32,000 nt of DNA from Pseudodesulfovibrio mercurii (GTDB lineage Bacteria > Desulfobacterota > Desulfovibrionia > Desulfovibrionales > Desulfovibrionaceae), in assembly GCF_000189295.2 (NCBI RefSeq), contig NC_016803.1, positions 1,890,001 to 1,922,000 on the forward strand. The letters are read 5' to 3'. Of the stretch, positions 5,698-15,917 are shown piece after piece. The stretch's first letter is position 1; the number at the start of each line of letters is the position of its first letter. The translations under genes were made by a program, and so were the position numbers. Under the pieces are notes generated by a model. The model did not search any database. It was not told where the DNA came from and worked only from the letters and a program-made list of their open reading frames with translations.

Positions 5698-6744
5698 TTA
5701 GTGGGCGAACGGGTAGAGTTTCCAGTACGCCTTGACCAGCCGCCAGCGGTGGGCCAGTCCCTCGGGCTCGAAGATCAGGAACAGGATGAGCGTGAGCCCG
5801 AACACGCCCTCGCGCAGGGCCACGATGTACTGGGCCACGTCCGGCCAGGACCCGGCCAGGACGTTGGCCAGCGCGTTCAGGATCTCGGGCAGGAGGACGA
5901 TGAACACGGCCCCGAAGACCGAGCCGAGCACCGAGCCCAGGCCGCCGATGACGATCATGGCCAGGTAGGAGATGGACAGGCCGATATTGAACTGCTCGGC
6001 CGAGATGTAGCCGGTGTAGTGGCCCCACAACCCGCCCGCCACGCCCGCCAGGAACGAGCTGATGCCGAAGGCCGCGAGCTTGTAGCGGAACAGGTTCACG
6101 CCCACGATCTCGGCGGACAGGTAGAAGTCGCGGATGGACACGAAGGCCCGGCCGTACTTGCTGCGCATGATGTTGGTGACCATGAGCAGGGCCCCGGCGG
6201 CGAAGGCCAGGAGCAGGAAGTACATGCGCACCTCGGTGTCGAAGGAGAAGCCGAGGATGGAAGGCGGCTCCAGGAGCAGCCCGTTGGACCCGCCGGTCAG
6301 GACCCCGCCGTGCAGGAAGACGTATTCGAGCACGAGTTGGGCGGCCAGGGTGGCGATGGCCAGGTAGATGCCCTTGAGCCGGAGCGACGGCACGCCGAAG
6401 ACCATGCCCACCAGGGCCGTTATCAGGCCGCCGGTCAGGATGGCCGGAAGGAACGGCACGCCGTGCAGGGAGCACTGTCCGGCGGCGTAGGCCCCCACGC
6501 CGAGGAACGCGCCGTGGCCGAGCGATATCTGGCCGCACACGCCGGTCAGGAGGTTGAGGGAGACCGCGCCGATGACCGAGATGAAGATCAGGTTGACGAT
6601 GGAGGTCAGGTGCGTGTTCAGGACGAACGGGGCCGCGCACAGGGCCGCCAGGAACAGGCCGACCATGAGCTTCTGGAACCCGGACGGGAAGACCTGGGCC
6701 TCGCTCTCGTAGGTGGTGAAGAAGAGTCCGCATTTTCCCTGCAT
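5698..6744 (-). CDS. livM: Branched-chain-type ABC transporter permease (LivM-like).
   Basis: Only the C-terminal 348 aa of the 770-aa ORF are hydrophobic and permease-like, starting at MQGKCGLFFTTYESE. The start lies 2 nt after the livH stop. Confidence 0.75.
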   Translation of the reverse strand: MQGKCGLFFTTYESEAQVFPSGFQKLMVGLFLAALCAAPFVLNTHLTSIVNLIFISVIGAVSLNLLTGVCGQISLGHGAFLGVGAYAAGQCSLHGVPFLPAILTGGLITALVGMVFGVPSLRLKGIYLAIATLAAQLVLEYVFLHGGVLTGGSNGLLLEPPSILGFSFDTEVRMYFLLLAFAAGALLMVTNIMRSKYGRAFVSIRDFYLSAEIVGVNLFRYKLAAFGISSFLAGVAGGLWGHYTGYISAEQFNIGLSISYLAMIVIGGLGSVLGSVFGAVFIVLLPEILNALANVLAGSWPDVAQYIVALREGVFGLTLILFLIFEPEGLAHRWRLVKAYWKLYPFAH

Positions 6745-6746
6745 GG

Positions 6747-7634
6747 CTAGACCCTCTCGATCTCTTTGGTGCCGAACAGGCCGTAGGGCTTGATCATCAG
6801 GATGACCACCAGGACGATGAAGGCCGCGACCTCCCGGAAGCCGCCCAGGCCGAGGAACTGCCGGGCCGCGCCGTCGCAGACGTTTTCGAGCACGCCGATG
6901 ATCAGGCCGCCCAGAGCCGCGCCGAGCAGGGAGTCGAGCCCGCCGAGGATGACCGCCGGGAAGACCTTGAGCCCCAGGTGGCCGATGTGGGCGTTGATGC
7001 CGTTGATGTTGCCCAGGATGACCCCGCCCACGGCCGAGACGATGCAGGCGATGCACCAGCTCATGGCGAAGATGTTCTTGATGCCGATACCCATGGACTG
7101 CGCGGCCTGCTGGTCGAAGGCCGTGGCCCGCATGGCCACGCCCGTGCGCGAGTACTTGAAGAAGGCGGAGAACACGGCGAAGAGCACGGCGGACAGGATG
7201 AAGGCCGCGATGTACACCGGGGCCACGGGCAGCCCGGCGATCATGACCGGCTCGGTGGGCAGGACCTGGGGGTAGACCCGGATCTGCGTGCCCCAGAAGA
7301 GCTGGACCAGGGACTTGAGCACCGAGCTCATGCCGATGGTGACCATGATGACCGAGATGTGCTCCTCGCCGATGAGCGGCCTGAGCACCATGCGCTCGAT
7401 GGCCAGGCCGAGCAGGACCGAGAAGACCAGGGTGATGAGGAAGGCCCAGATGAACGGGATGTGGAACTGGACCGTCAGGGCGAAGCAGACGTAGGCCCCG
7501 ACCATGACCAGCTCGCCCTGGGCGAAGTTGACCACCTTGGTGGCCTTGTAGATGACCACGAAGCCGAGCGCCACCAGGGAGTAGATGGAGCCGACCACCA
7601 GGCCGTTGACGATGAGTTGCAGGTAGTATTCCAC
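6747..7634 (-). CDS. livH: Branched-chain-type ABC transporter permease (LivH-like).
   Basis: 295-aa polytopic membrane protein beginning MEYYLQLIVNGLVVGSIYSLVALG. The GTG start directly abuts the stop of the upstream ligase gene. Confidence 0.8.
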   Translation of the reverse strand: MEYYLQLIVNGLVVGSIYSLVALGFVVIYKATKVVNFAQGELVMVGAYVCFALTVQFHIPFIWAFLITLVFSVLLGLAIERMVLRPLIGEEHISVIMVTIGMSSVLKSLVQLFWGTQIRVYPQVLPTEPVMIAGLPVAPVYIAAFILSAVLFAVFSAFFKYSRTGVAMRATAFDQQAAQSMGIGIKNIFAMSWCIACIVSAVGGVILGNINGINAHIGHLGLKVFPAVILGGLDSLLGAALGGLIIGVLENVCDGAARQFLGLGGFREVAAFIVLVVILMIKPYGLFGTKEIERV

Positions 7635-9548
7635 TTAGCCCTCCATGTCCTGAATGCGGATGTCGCCGCACATCCGGCGGACGCGGCCGTCCTGGTAGGT
7701 GATCTCGGTTTCGAGGCCGAGCGCGCAGGCGTCGGTGTAGAGCGCCTCGATGAGCGCGCCGTAGCGCTCGTTGATGGTCCCGCGCCGGACCTTGCGCGTG
7801 CGGGTCAGCTCGTTGTCGTCCGGGTCCAGCTCCTTGTAGAGCAGGCAGAACCGGCGGATGCGCGTCTCCTCGGGCAGGGTCGCGTTGGTCCTGGCCACCT
7901 CCTCCCGGATGAGCGCGTAGACCTCGTCCTTGGCGGCCAGGTCCTGGTAGGTGGTGTAGGTGATCATCTTGGACTCGGCCCAGTGGCCCACGATGGGCAT
8001 GTCGATGCACAGGATGGCGGCCACGAAGTCCCGGCCGTCGCCCAGGACCACGGACTCGCGCAGGAACGGCGAGAACTTGATCTTGTTCTCCAGGAACTGG
8101 GGCGAGAACCGGGTGCCGTCCGCAAGGTGCATGACGTCCTTCAACCGGTCGATGACCACCAGCCGCCCGTTGTCGTCGAAGTAGCCCGCGTCGCCCGAGA
8201 GCAGCCAGCCGTCCTCGGTCAGGGTCTCGCGGGTGGCCGCCTCGTTGCGGTAGTAGCCCAGGAAGACGGCGGGCGACCGGGACAGGATTTCGCCCGTCTC
8301 GGAGATGCGCACCTCGGTCTCGGGGATGGGTGAGCCCACGGAGGTAAAGTCCACCTCGCCCTCCTTGTGGATGCAGGAGATGCCCGCGATCTCGGTCTGG
8401 CCGTAGATCTGCTTGAGGTTCACGCCCATGGCGTGGAAGAAGCGGAACACGTCCGGCCCCAGCGCGGCCCCGCCCGTGGTGGCGCTGCGCAGGCGCGAGA
8501 AGCCCAGCCGGTCGCGCAGGGCGCGGAACAGCCCCTGGTCGGCCAGGCGGTACTTGAACCTGAGCCAGGGCGACGGGGTCCCGCCCGCGAAGACCGCGTC
8601 AACAAACTCGTAGCCCACGGGCAGGCAGCGGTTGTACAGCCAGCGCTTGAGCGGGGTGGTCTCCATGATGTCGCCAGCCACCTTGGCCGCAATGGACTCG
8701 TACACGCGCGGCGGGGAGAAGATGAAGTGCGGGCCGATCTCGCGCGAATCGGCAGAGGCCGTGTCCGGGGTCTCCGGGAAGTTGACGCAGAAACCGAAGA
8801 GCAGGGCCGAGGCCACGGCCATCATCTGCTCGCCCATCCAGGCCAGGGGCAGGAAGGAGACGAACTCGTCCGAGGCCGACTTGGGGTCGTACTTGCCCAG
8901 GTTGTGGGCCATGGACAGGAGATTTTTGTGCGACAGCACGGCCAGCTTGGGGCGGCCCGTGGTGCCCGAGGTGGTGGCGATGAGGCAGGGATCGCCGGGC
9001 TTGGTGGCCCGGGCGGCCTCCTTGAACCTGGCCGTGCAGTCCCCGCCCCGCTCGCGGCCCAGGCGGCGCACGGCGTTGAAGCTCCGCAGCCCCGGCACCC
9101 GCGCCTCGTAGGGCTTGAGCCCCTTGGGGTCGTGATAGACGATGTTCGCCAGTTCGGGCAGCCGCCGCCGGATGGCGCGGACCTTGTCCACCTGCTCCTG
9201 GTCCTCGGCCACCACCAGGCGGCACTCGGTCAGGGCGAAGACGTACTCGATCTCCTCGGCCGGGGAGTCCTGGTACAGGCCGAGCGCCATGCCGCCCAGC
9301 CCCTGGACGGCCAGCTCGGCCCAGATCCACTCGGGCCGGTTGTTGCCGATGAGGATGACGATGTCGCCCCGGCCGATGCCCAGGCCCTCAAGGCCACAGG
9401 CGAACTCGGCGGTGATGCGCAGGGAGTCCTCCCAGGAAACGGCCTGCCAGACGCCCCACTCCTTTTCGCGCAGGGCGGTCCTGCCGGGCCGGTCCCCGGC
9501 CTGCCGGACGAGCAGTCTCGGCAGCGTGGTCATATACGGTTTGGCCAT
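7635..9548 (-). CDS. AMP-dependent synthetase/ligase (long-chain-fatty-acid-CoA-ligase-like).
   Basis: Starts at MAKPYMTTLPRLLVRQ, with GAGGA 6 nt upstream. It has the AMP-binding motif TSGTTGRPK and GYGQTE-like IYGQTE. The 85-codon upstream extension shown in the track has off-frame-type composition. Confidence 0.8.
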   Translation of the reverse strand: MAKPYMTTLPRLLVRQAGDRPGRTALREKEWGVWQAVSWEDSLRITAEFACGLEGLGIGRGDIVILIGNNRPEWIWAELAVQGLGGMALGLYQDSPAEEIEYVFALTECRLVVAEDQEQVDKVRAIRRRLPELANIVYHDPKGLKPYEARVPGLRSFNAVRRLGRERGGDCTARFKEAARATKPGDPCLIATTSGTTGRPKLAVLSHKNLLSMAHNLGKYDPKSASDEFVSFLPLAWMGEQMMAVASALLFGFCVNFPETPDTASADSREIGPHFIFSPPRVYESIAAKVAGDIMETTPLKRWLYNRCLPVGYEFVDAVFAGGTPSPWLRFKYRLADQGLFRALRDRLGFSRLRSATTGGAALGPDVFRFFHAMGVNLKQIYGQTEIAGISCIHKEGEVDFTSVGSPIPETEVRISETGEILSRSPAVFLGYYRNEAATRETLTEDGWLLSGDAGYFDDNGRLVVIDRLKDVMHLADGTRFSPQFLENKIKFSPFLRESVVLGDGRDFVAAILCIDMPIVGHWAESKMITYTTYQDLAAKDEVYALIREEVARTNATLPEETRIRRFCLLYKELDPDDNELTRTRKVRRGTINERYGALIEALYTDACALGLETEITYQDGRVRRMCGDIRIQDMEG

Positions 9549-9660
9549 GCAACGTCCTCGTTTCCCGGCGTTCGGCCGGGCCTTCCCAACGTGTCCGGCG
9601 GGACCGATCCCCGGTCCCCCCCGCAGTCGCCTCGCGCGCCCCGCTCGGGGCCTGCGCGGG

Positions 9661-10458
9661 CTACCTTCCCATGAACGCGGCGTCCTCGGTGCCCAGGTAG
9701 GCCCTGATGACGTCCGGGTTCGCCTGCACCTCGTCCGGGGTGCCCTCGGCGATCTTGGAACCGAAGTCGATGACCACGACCTTGTGGGAGATGTCCATGA
9801 CAACGCCCATGTCGTGCTCGACCAGCAGGACGGTGACGCCCCACTCCTCGGCTATGTCCAGGATATATCGGGCCATGTCCTCGGTCTCTTCGAGGTTCAT
9901 GCCCGCCATGGGCTCGTCCAGGAGGATGAGCTTGGGCTCGGCGGCCAGCGCCCGGCCGAGCTCCACCCGCTTGCGCACGCCGTAGGGTAGTCGCCCGGCG
10001 TGCTGGTGGCGGTAGGGGGATAGGTTCAGGAAGTCGATGACGTCCTCCACCCGGCGCCGGTGGCGGCGCTCCAGGCGCACGGTCCGGCCGAAGCGGAGGA
10101 TGGCGGATAGCAACCCGTAGTCGATGCGGCCGTGCCGCCCGACCATGAGGTTGTCGAGGACGGACAGGCCCTTGAACAGGGCGATGTTCTGGAATGTCCT
10201 GGACAGTCCCAGCTCCGTGCGCTTGTGCGCGGGCAGGGAGAGCAGACATTCGCCGTCCAGTGAGATGGAACATGCGCCGCGCGCGCCCCCGTCCGGGGTG
10301 TAGCGGCCGCTGATGCAGTTGAGCATGGAGGTTTTGCCGGCCCCGTTGGGGCCGATCAGGGACGCGATGGTCCCCTGTTCCACGGAGAAGGACACGCCCA
10401 TGAGCGCGGCGATGCCCTTGAAGGTGAGCGTAACGTCGCGGACGTCGAGATAGGCCAT
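9661..10458 (-). CDS. livG: Branched-chain-type ABC transporter ATP-binding protein (LivG-like).
   Basis: Starts at MAYLDVRDVTLTFKG. It has Walker A GPNGAGKTS and Walker B LILLDEP. Confidence 0.8.
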   Translation of the reverse strand: MAYLDVRDVTLTFKGIAALMGVSFSVEQGTIASLIGPNGAGKTSMLNCISGRYTPDGGARGACSISLDGECLLSLPAHKRTELGLSRTFQNIALFKGLSVLDNLMVGRHGRIDYGLLSAILRFGRTVRLERRHRRRVEDVIDFLNLSPYRHQHAGRLPYGVRKRVELGRALAAEPKLILLDEPMAGMNLEETEDMARYILDIAEEWGVTVLLVEHDMGVVMDISHKVVVIDFGSKIAEGTPDEVQANPDVIRAYLGTEDAAFMGR

Positions 10459-10573
10459 AATCGTTCCATTATGGTCTCGGAACCCCCTGGTCCCAAACGA
10501 CGTCCGCACGGCCCGTCGGTGAATGCCGAAACACCGCCCGGGTCCATATGCTGTCGGATGGCCCTTGGAGCCC

Positions 10574-11230
10574 CTAGGTCCACTCCTCCTCGAAATCCTC
10601 GGGAGTGACCAGTTTGTAGCCCCGGTCCTCGAGCGCGGCTGCGACCGTGGACGGGTCTTCGGTATCTATTCGGACGACCACGATGCGGCGTCCGTTGTAA
10701 AAGAAGGTGCCGGTGGAGATGATCGAGATCTTCATGTTGGCGATGACCCCGGCGATCTCGTAGAGCACGCCGGAACGGTCCTCCACCTCAAGCGTCAGGC
10801 GGCTGCCGCCCTCGCGGTAGCCCATCTCCTCGGCCAGCACGTCGAGCATGACGTTGCGGTTGATGTAGCCGATGAGCTCGCCGTCGGAATCGACCACGGC
10901 CAGCCCGGCCAGGTTCATCTCGTACATCATGTCGGCCGCGCCCTCGATCTCGGTCTCCGGGGCCACGGTCTTGATGTCCGTGCGGAAGATCTTCTCCACC
11001 GTGAGCTTGCTCATCAGGTAGCTGATCTCGTGTTTCTCCAGGGACGTCATGATGCTGGGCAGGGCCGCCGAGATATCCTCCTTACGCACGTAGCCGACCA
11101 GCTTGCCCGCGTCGTCCACCACCAGGAGCATCCAGAGCTTGTTGTCCTCAAGCTGTTTCTGGGCGTCCTTGACCAGCGTCTGGGGGGTGACCTTGACGAA
11201 GTCGCGCAGCATTTTCAGTCCGACGTACAT
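10574..11230 (-). CDS. CBS-pair plus ACT-like domain protein (AcuB-like).
   Basis: Starts at MYVGLKMLRDF, with GGAGGA upstream. It has two CBS-like repeats followed by a C-terminal ACT-like segment (SRLTLEVEDRSGVLYEIAGVIA). Confidence 0.7.
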   Translation of the reverse strand: MYVGLKMLRDFVKVTPQTLVKDAQKQLEDNKLWMLLVVDDAGKLVGYVRKEDISAALPSIMTSLEKHEISYLMSKLTVEKIFRTDIKTVAPETEIEGAADMMYEMNLAGLAVVDSDGELIGYINRNVMLDVLAEEMGYREGGSRLTLEVEDRSGVLYEIAGVIANMKISIISTGTFFYNGRRIVVVRIDTEDPSTVAAALEDRGYKLVTPEDFEEEWT

Positions 11231-11557
11231 GTATTCCTCCTTGGCAGTGCACCACGTGCTCTGTGTTGCGTAAATGGCATGGATTCGTCCCGGTTCGATA
11301 CACGTTTTCATTGAACGGCGCAATTCAAACCGTGAGCGGCGCAGTTTGCCCAGGAATACCCTGCAAACCCGTTTTCAAACGACAAGTCAATACTCAAACG
11401 CTTGTTTGGACGGCGTTTTCCCGCACGTCGCCAGGCCGGGAAACCCGCCGCCAACCATCCACCCGTAGGTCAACATCCCCCCGACGCTTGACTTTCCTGA
11501 TTTTCAGGGCACATTTCATAAAGGGGAAACCACGATCGCGCCAGGGGGAACCGGAAC

Positions 11558-13228
11558 ATGTTTTTCAAGATGCACTACCCGAACCTCATCGGCAGGCTGC
11601 CCGAGGACGACCCCAGGATCCTCCTCGGGGCCATCCGCATATTCATCGTCCTGCTCCTGATCATCGGGGTTCTGCTCACCGGCGGCGGGGCCGTCATCCA
11701 CTTAATCGAGAACGGCAACTATCTCGGCGGGCTTCGGACCACGGAAAGCACCTCCCTGACATTGCAGGAAACGACCATCGCCCGCGAGCTGGACCACATC
11801 GTGGCCGACGTCCTGTTCCTGTCCCGGCAGAACGAACTCATCCGGCTCCTGGACGGCGGCGACGCGCAGGCGGCCAGGGCCATGGAGCGGGAATACCTGG
11901 AGCTGGCCGACAGCCGCGAGGACTATGACCAGGTCCGCTACCTGGACGCCGACGGCCTGGAGCGGGTCCGGGTCAACAGCCGCAACGGCCGGACCTCGGC
12001 CGTGCCCGAAAGCGGCCTGCGGGACAGGAGCGACCGCTACTACTTCAGGCAATGCCTGGGGCTGGACAAGGGCGGCATCTATCTTTCGCCCATGGACCTG
12101 AACGTCGAGGACGGGCTGGTGGAGCAGCCGGTCCGGCCCATGCTGCGCATCGGCACCCCGGTCTTCGACGCCGCGGGCCGCAAGCGCGGCATCATCCTGA
12201 TCAACTACAACGCCCGGACCCTGCTGGACCGCATCCTGCGCACGGGCAGTTCGGCCGAGGGGCTGACCATGCTCCTCAACGGCCGGGGCTACTGGCTCCT
12301 GGCCCCGGACGAGACCAGGGAATGGGGGTTCACGGCCCCGGAGACGGAGGACCTCCGCTTCGCCACGGAACGGCCCGACGAGTGGCGGCAAATGCTCGAC
12401 CTGGAGCGCGGACAGTTCCGCACGGACAACGGGTTGTTCACCTTCGCCACGGTCCGCCCCATGGCCGAGATGCAGGCCTTCAGTTCCCGGCTGCACGGCG
12501 CCGCGCAGGACGGGGCGCAAGGCGCGGAACCGGCCTATTTCTGGATGCTCGTCTCCCAGGTCCCGGCCGCGACCCTGGACCGCCACGCCCGGACCCTGCT
12601 GTTCAAGCTGCTCCTCGGCGGGGGCCTGCTCCTGGCGCTCTTCGCCTTCGGCGCGTGGCACCTCTCCCTGGCCCTGTCCCGGCGGCGGCTCTTCCAGGAA
12701 CAGCTCCTGGCCGCGGCCATGTTCGACGCCCTGACCGGGCTGCCCAACCGCAAGCTCTTCTTCGACCGGCTGGAGGCCTCCCTGGCCCTGTCCGTCCGGT
12801 ACGACCGCAGGCTGGCCCTGCTCTACATCGACCTGGACGGGTTCAAGGTGGTCAACGACACCATGGGGCACGCGGCGGGGGACGAACTGCTCAGGCGGGT
12901 GGGGAAGCTGCTGACCGGCTCGGTGCGCAAGTCCGACACCGTGGCCCGGCTGGGCGGCGACGAGTTCGTGGTCATGCTGAACGAGGTGACCAACCTGGGG
13001 GACGCGGCCCTGGTGGGCGAAAAGCTCGTCTCCGCCCTGCGCGCGCCCATCGTCCTCAAGACGGGCACGGCGACCATCAGCGCCAGCGTGGGCGTGTCCG
13101 TGTATCCCGAGAACGGCGCGTCCGCCGAGCTCCTGGTCCAGAAGGCGGACCAGGCCATGTACGCCTCCAAGCACATGGGCAAGAGCACCTGCACCATGGC
13201 CGACTCGTCGCGCTGCGCCGACGCCTGA
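11558..13228 (+). CDS. Membrane-bound sensor diguanylate cyclase (GGDEF domain).
   Basis: 556 aa, with two TM segments flanking a periplasmic region of about 300 aa. The C-terminal domain carries RLGGDEFVVML. Confidence 0.85.
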   Translation: MFFKMHYPNLIGRLPEDDPRILLGAIRIFIVLLLIIGVLLTGGGAVIHLIENGNYLGGLRTTESTSLTLQETTIARELDHIVADVLFLSRQNELIRLLDGGDAQAARAMEREYLELADSREDYDQVRYLDADGLERVRVNSRNGRTSAVPESGLRDRSDRYYFRQCLGLDKGGIYLSPMDLNVEDGLVEQPVRPMLRIGTPVFDAAGRKRGIILINYNARTLLDRILRTGSSAEGLTMLLNGRGYWLLAPDETREWGFTAPETEDLRFATERPDEWRQMLDLERGQFRTDNGLFTFATVRPMAEMQAFSSRLHGAAQDGAQGAEPAYFWMLVSQVPAATLDRHARTLLFKLLLGGGLLLALFAFGAWHLSLALSRRRLFQEQLLAAAMFDALTGLPNRKLFFDRLEASLALSVRYDRRLALLYIDLDGFKVVNDTMGHAAGDELLRRVGKLLTGSVRKSDTVARLGGDEFVVMLNEVTNLGDAALVGEKLVSALRAPIVLKTGTATISASVGVSVYPENGASAELLVQKADQAMYASKHMGKSTCTMADSSRCADA

Positions 13229-13241
13229 CGCCCCGGCCGGG

Positions 13242-15917
13242 TCAGCCGCCCATGCGCCGGAAGAGCGGGGCCTGGGCGCAGCAGCCCGACAGCCCCAGGG
13301 CCCGGTAGACCGCGTCCATGTCCACGGCCTCGCGGACCACGGAGGCCAGGTTGTCCAGGGCGTCCTCCAGGCCGAAGACGGTCTGGACCGTCTCCAGGGG
13401 CGAGAGCCCCTTGTCCATGCGCAGCTGGTCGATGAACCAGCGGCGGAACCCGTCCGCGTCGAACAGCCCGTGCAGGTAGGTGCCGAGCACCCGCCCGTCC
13501 GGGCGCATGTAGCCCAGCGGCTCGCCCGCGTTGTCGCGCAGGGCCGTGCGCAGCTCCCCGGACAGGGGTTCGGTGCGGCCGTGGTGGATCTCGTAGCCGT
13601 GCACGGCGAGCCCCGAGGCCGAGTGCGTGCCGAAGGTCCGGGTCAGGGTCTTTTCCGGGGCCAGGGTGGTCTGGACCGGCAGCAGGTCGAAGCCCTCCAC
13701 CCGGGTGGTCTCGGACTCCAGGCCGTAGGGGTCGTCCACGATGCGGCCGAGCATCTGGAACCCGCCGCAGATGCCCACGATGCGGGTCCGGCCCTCGGCC
13801 AGCCCGCGCAGGACCGCGGCCATGCCCGTGCCCTTGAGGGCGCGCATGTCCGGCACCGTGGACTTGGAGCCGGGGATGATCACCGCGTCGGGCGCGCCCA
13901 CGTCGCGGGCGTCGGCCACCACGCGGACGCGCACGTCCGGCTCGCGGTACAGCGGGTCGATGTCGTTGAAATTCGAGATGCGCGGCAGGTCCAGGACCAC
14001 CACGTCCACGCAGTCGGCCTCGGGCAGCTTGTCGCCCTCGGGCCGGAACCCCTCCTTGAACGAGACCGAGTCCTCCTCGGGCAGGCCGAGCCCGTGGATG
14101 TACGGCACCGTGCCCAGGACCGGCTTGCCCGTGCGCTCGAACATCTGGCCGAAGGCCGGGTCGAGGAGCGAGGCGTCGCCCCGGAAGCGGTTGATGACGT
14201 AGCCCTCCACCAGGGAGCGCTCTTTCGGCGTGAGCAGACTCATGGTCCCGACGATGGAGGCGAAGACCCCGCCCCGGTCGATGTCGCCGGTCAGGAGCAC
14301 CCGTGCGCCCGCGTACTCGGCCATGGCCATGTTGACGATGTCGTGGTGCTTGAGGTTGACCTCGGCCGGGCTGCCCGCCCCCTCCAGGACCAGGACCTCG
14401 TGCTCGTTGGCCAGGGAGTCGTAGGCCGCCTTGACCGCGTCGAAGGCGCGCGGCTTGTACTCCACGTACTCACGCACGCTCATGTTGCCCACGGGCCGCC
14501 CCATGACGATGACCTGGGAGCCGGTGTCCGAGCCGGGCTTGAGCAGAACCGGGTTCATGCGCACGTCCGGGTTCAGGCGGCAGGCCATGGCCTGGGTCAC
14601 CTGGGCGCGGCCCATCTCCCCGCCCTGGTCCGTGACGTAGGAATTGAGCGACATGTTCTGGGCCTTGAACGGGGCCACGTCGAAGCCGTCCTGGAGCAGG
14701 ATGCGGCAGAAGGCCGCCGCCAGCACGGACTTGCCCGCGTTGGAGCTGGTCCCCTGGATCATCAGGGCCGGGGTGCGGCGGACGCGCCGGACCACAGGGC
14801 CGCGCGCCGTGCCCGCCACCGCCTCCATGGCCCGGATCAGGGTCTCGTTGTCCTCGCGGTTGCGCACGGCCACCCGGAACCAGCGGTCGTCCAGGCCGGT
14901 GTAGTTGCCGCACAGCCGGATGCCGATGCGGTGCTCCCGGAGCAGCCGCTCCCACAGCGAAACCGCGTCCCGCCCCACCCGTTCCACCCGGCAGAGAAGA
15001 TAGTTGGCCGCCGACGGCAGGACCCTGATCCCCGGCACCTGCCTGAGCCCCGAGGCCAGGGACTCGCGCAGAAGCCGGGTCTGCTCGCGGGTCTCGGCCA
15101 GGTAGAGGGCGTCCTTCAGGCAGCGCTCCCCGACCTTCTGGGCCAGGGCGTTGACGGACCAGGCGGGCATGTTCCGGCGGATGCGCGGGATCACGTCCGG
15201 GTCGGCGAAGGCCAGCCCCAGCCGCAGGCCCGGAATGGCGTAGGTCTTGGTCAGGGAGAGGACGGTGATGACGTTGGACGGCCGGTCGCGGGTCAGCCGG
15301 TCCGCGTCCTCGGGCAGAAATTCGGCAAAGGACTCGTCCACCACGAAGGTGGACTGGGGGAACATGGCCGCCACCTCGCGCAGGTCGTTGGCCGGGACCA
15401 TGGTGCCCGTGGGGTTGTTGGGCGAGCACAGGAAGACCAGGGAGGGCGTGGCCAGGAGCGGCCCCATGGCCGGAAAATTCACGGTGAAGTCGTCGTTCAG
15501 GGGCGGCTCGACCACGGGCAGCCGGTGGGCGCCGCACCCCCTGGCGTAGTCCACGTAGGTCGGCGCGGGGACCACCGCCTGGCGGAACCCCCTGAGCCCG
15601 GCGATGGCGAAGAGCAGTTCGGACGCGCCGTTGCCAGCGACCACCTGGGAGGGCCAGACCTTGTAGCGCTCGGCGGCGGCCATGACCAGCCCGGTGCAGT
15701 CCGAGTCCGGGTAGGCGTCCACCCCCTGCAGGGCCTGGCCGACCACCTGCCCGAGCCACTTCGGCGGCCCCAGCGGGTTCACGTTGGCCGAAAAATCGAG
15801 GATCTCGTCCGGCGCGCACCCGGCCGTCTCGGCCATGCGCCGCCGGTTCCCTCCATGGACGAATCTCCGCTCGTCCAGCACCTCGGGTATCCCCGCGAAA
15901 AGATTCTGCTTATCCAT
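13242..15917 (-). CDS. cobQ: Fusion of a CobD-like threonine-phosphate decarboxylase (class I/II aminotransferase fold) with cobyric acid synthase CobQ/CbiP.
   Basis: 891 aa. The N-terminal ~365 aa are aminotransferase-like ([26 protein letters not shown]). The remainder is CobQ-like ([12 protein letters not shown], and a GATase part with ICGGFQMLG). Confidence 0.8.
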   Translation of the reverse strand: MDKQNLFAGIPEVLDERRFVHGGNRRRMAETAGCAPDEILDFSANVNPLGPPKWLGQVVGQALQGVDAYPDSDCTGLVMAAAERYKVWPSQVVAGNGASELLFAIAGLRGFRQAVVPAPTYVDYARGCGAHRLPVVEPPLNDDFTVNFPAMGPLLATPSLVFLCSPNNPTGTMVPANDLREVAAMFPQSTFVVDESFAEFLPEDADRLTRDRPSNVITVLSLTKTYAIPGLRLGLAFADPDVIPRIRRNMPAWSVNALAQKVGERCLKDALYLAETREQTRLLRESLASGLRQVPGIRVLPSAANYLLCRVERVGRDAVSLWERLLREHRIGIRLCGNYTGLDDRWFRVAVRNREDNETLIRAMEAVAGTARGPVVRRVRRTPALMIQGTSSNAGKSVLAAAFCRILLQDGFDVAPFKAQNMSLNSYVTDQGGEMGRAQVTQAMACRLNPDVRMNPVLLKPGSDTGSQVIVMGRPVGNMSVREYVEYKPRAFDAVKAAYDSLANEHEVLVLEGAGSPAEVNLKHHDIVNMAMAEYAGARVLLTGDIDRGGVFASIVGTMSLLTPKERSLVEGYVINRFRGDASLLDPAFGQMFERTGKPVLGTVPYIHGLGLPEEDSVSFKEGFRPEGDKLPEADCVDVVVLDLPRISNFNDIDPLYREPDVRVRVVADARDVGAPDAVIIPGSKSTVPDMRALKGTGMAAVLRGLAEGRTRIVGICGGFQMLGRIVDDPYGLESETTRVEGFDLLPVQTTLAPEKTLTRTFGTHSASGLAVHGYEIHHGRTEPLSGELRTALRDNAGEPLGYMRPDGRVLGTYLHGLFDADGFRRWFIDQLRMDKGLSPLETVQTVFGLEDALDNLASVVREAVDMDAVYRALGLSGCCAQAPLFRRMGG

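Noticed and set aside
6745-8010. The upstream 422 codons of the 770-aa ORF at 5698..8010.
   Set aside because: The region is already occupied by livH and the ligase in another frame. Only the part from MQGKCGLFF onward (5698..6744) is permease-like.
9549-9803. An N-terminal extension of the CoA ligase ORF that overlaps the livG 3' end.
   Set aside because: The extension has Arg/Pro/Ser-rich mirror-frame composition. The internal ATG at 9548 has a good RBS and gives a normal AMP-ligase N-terminus.
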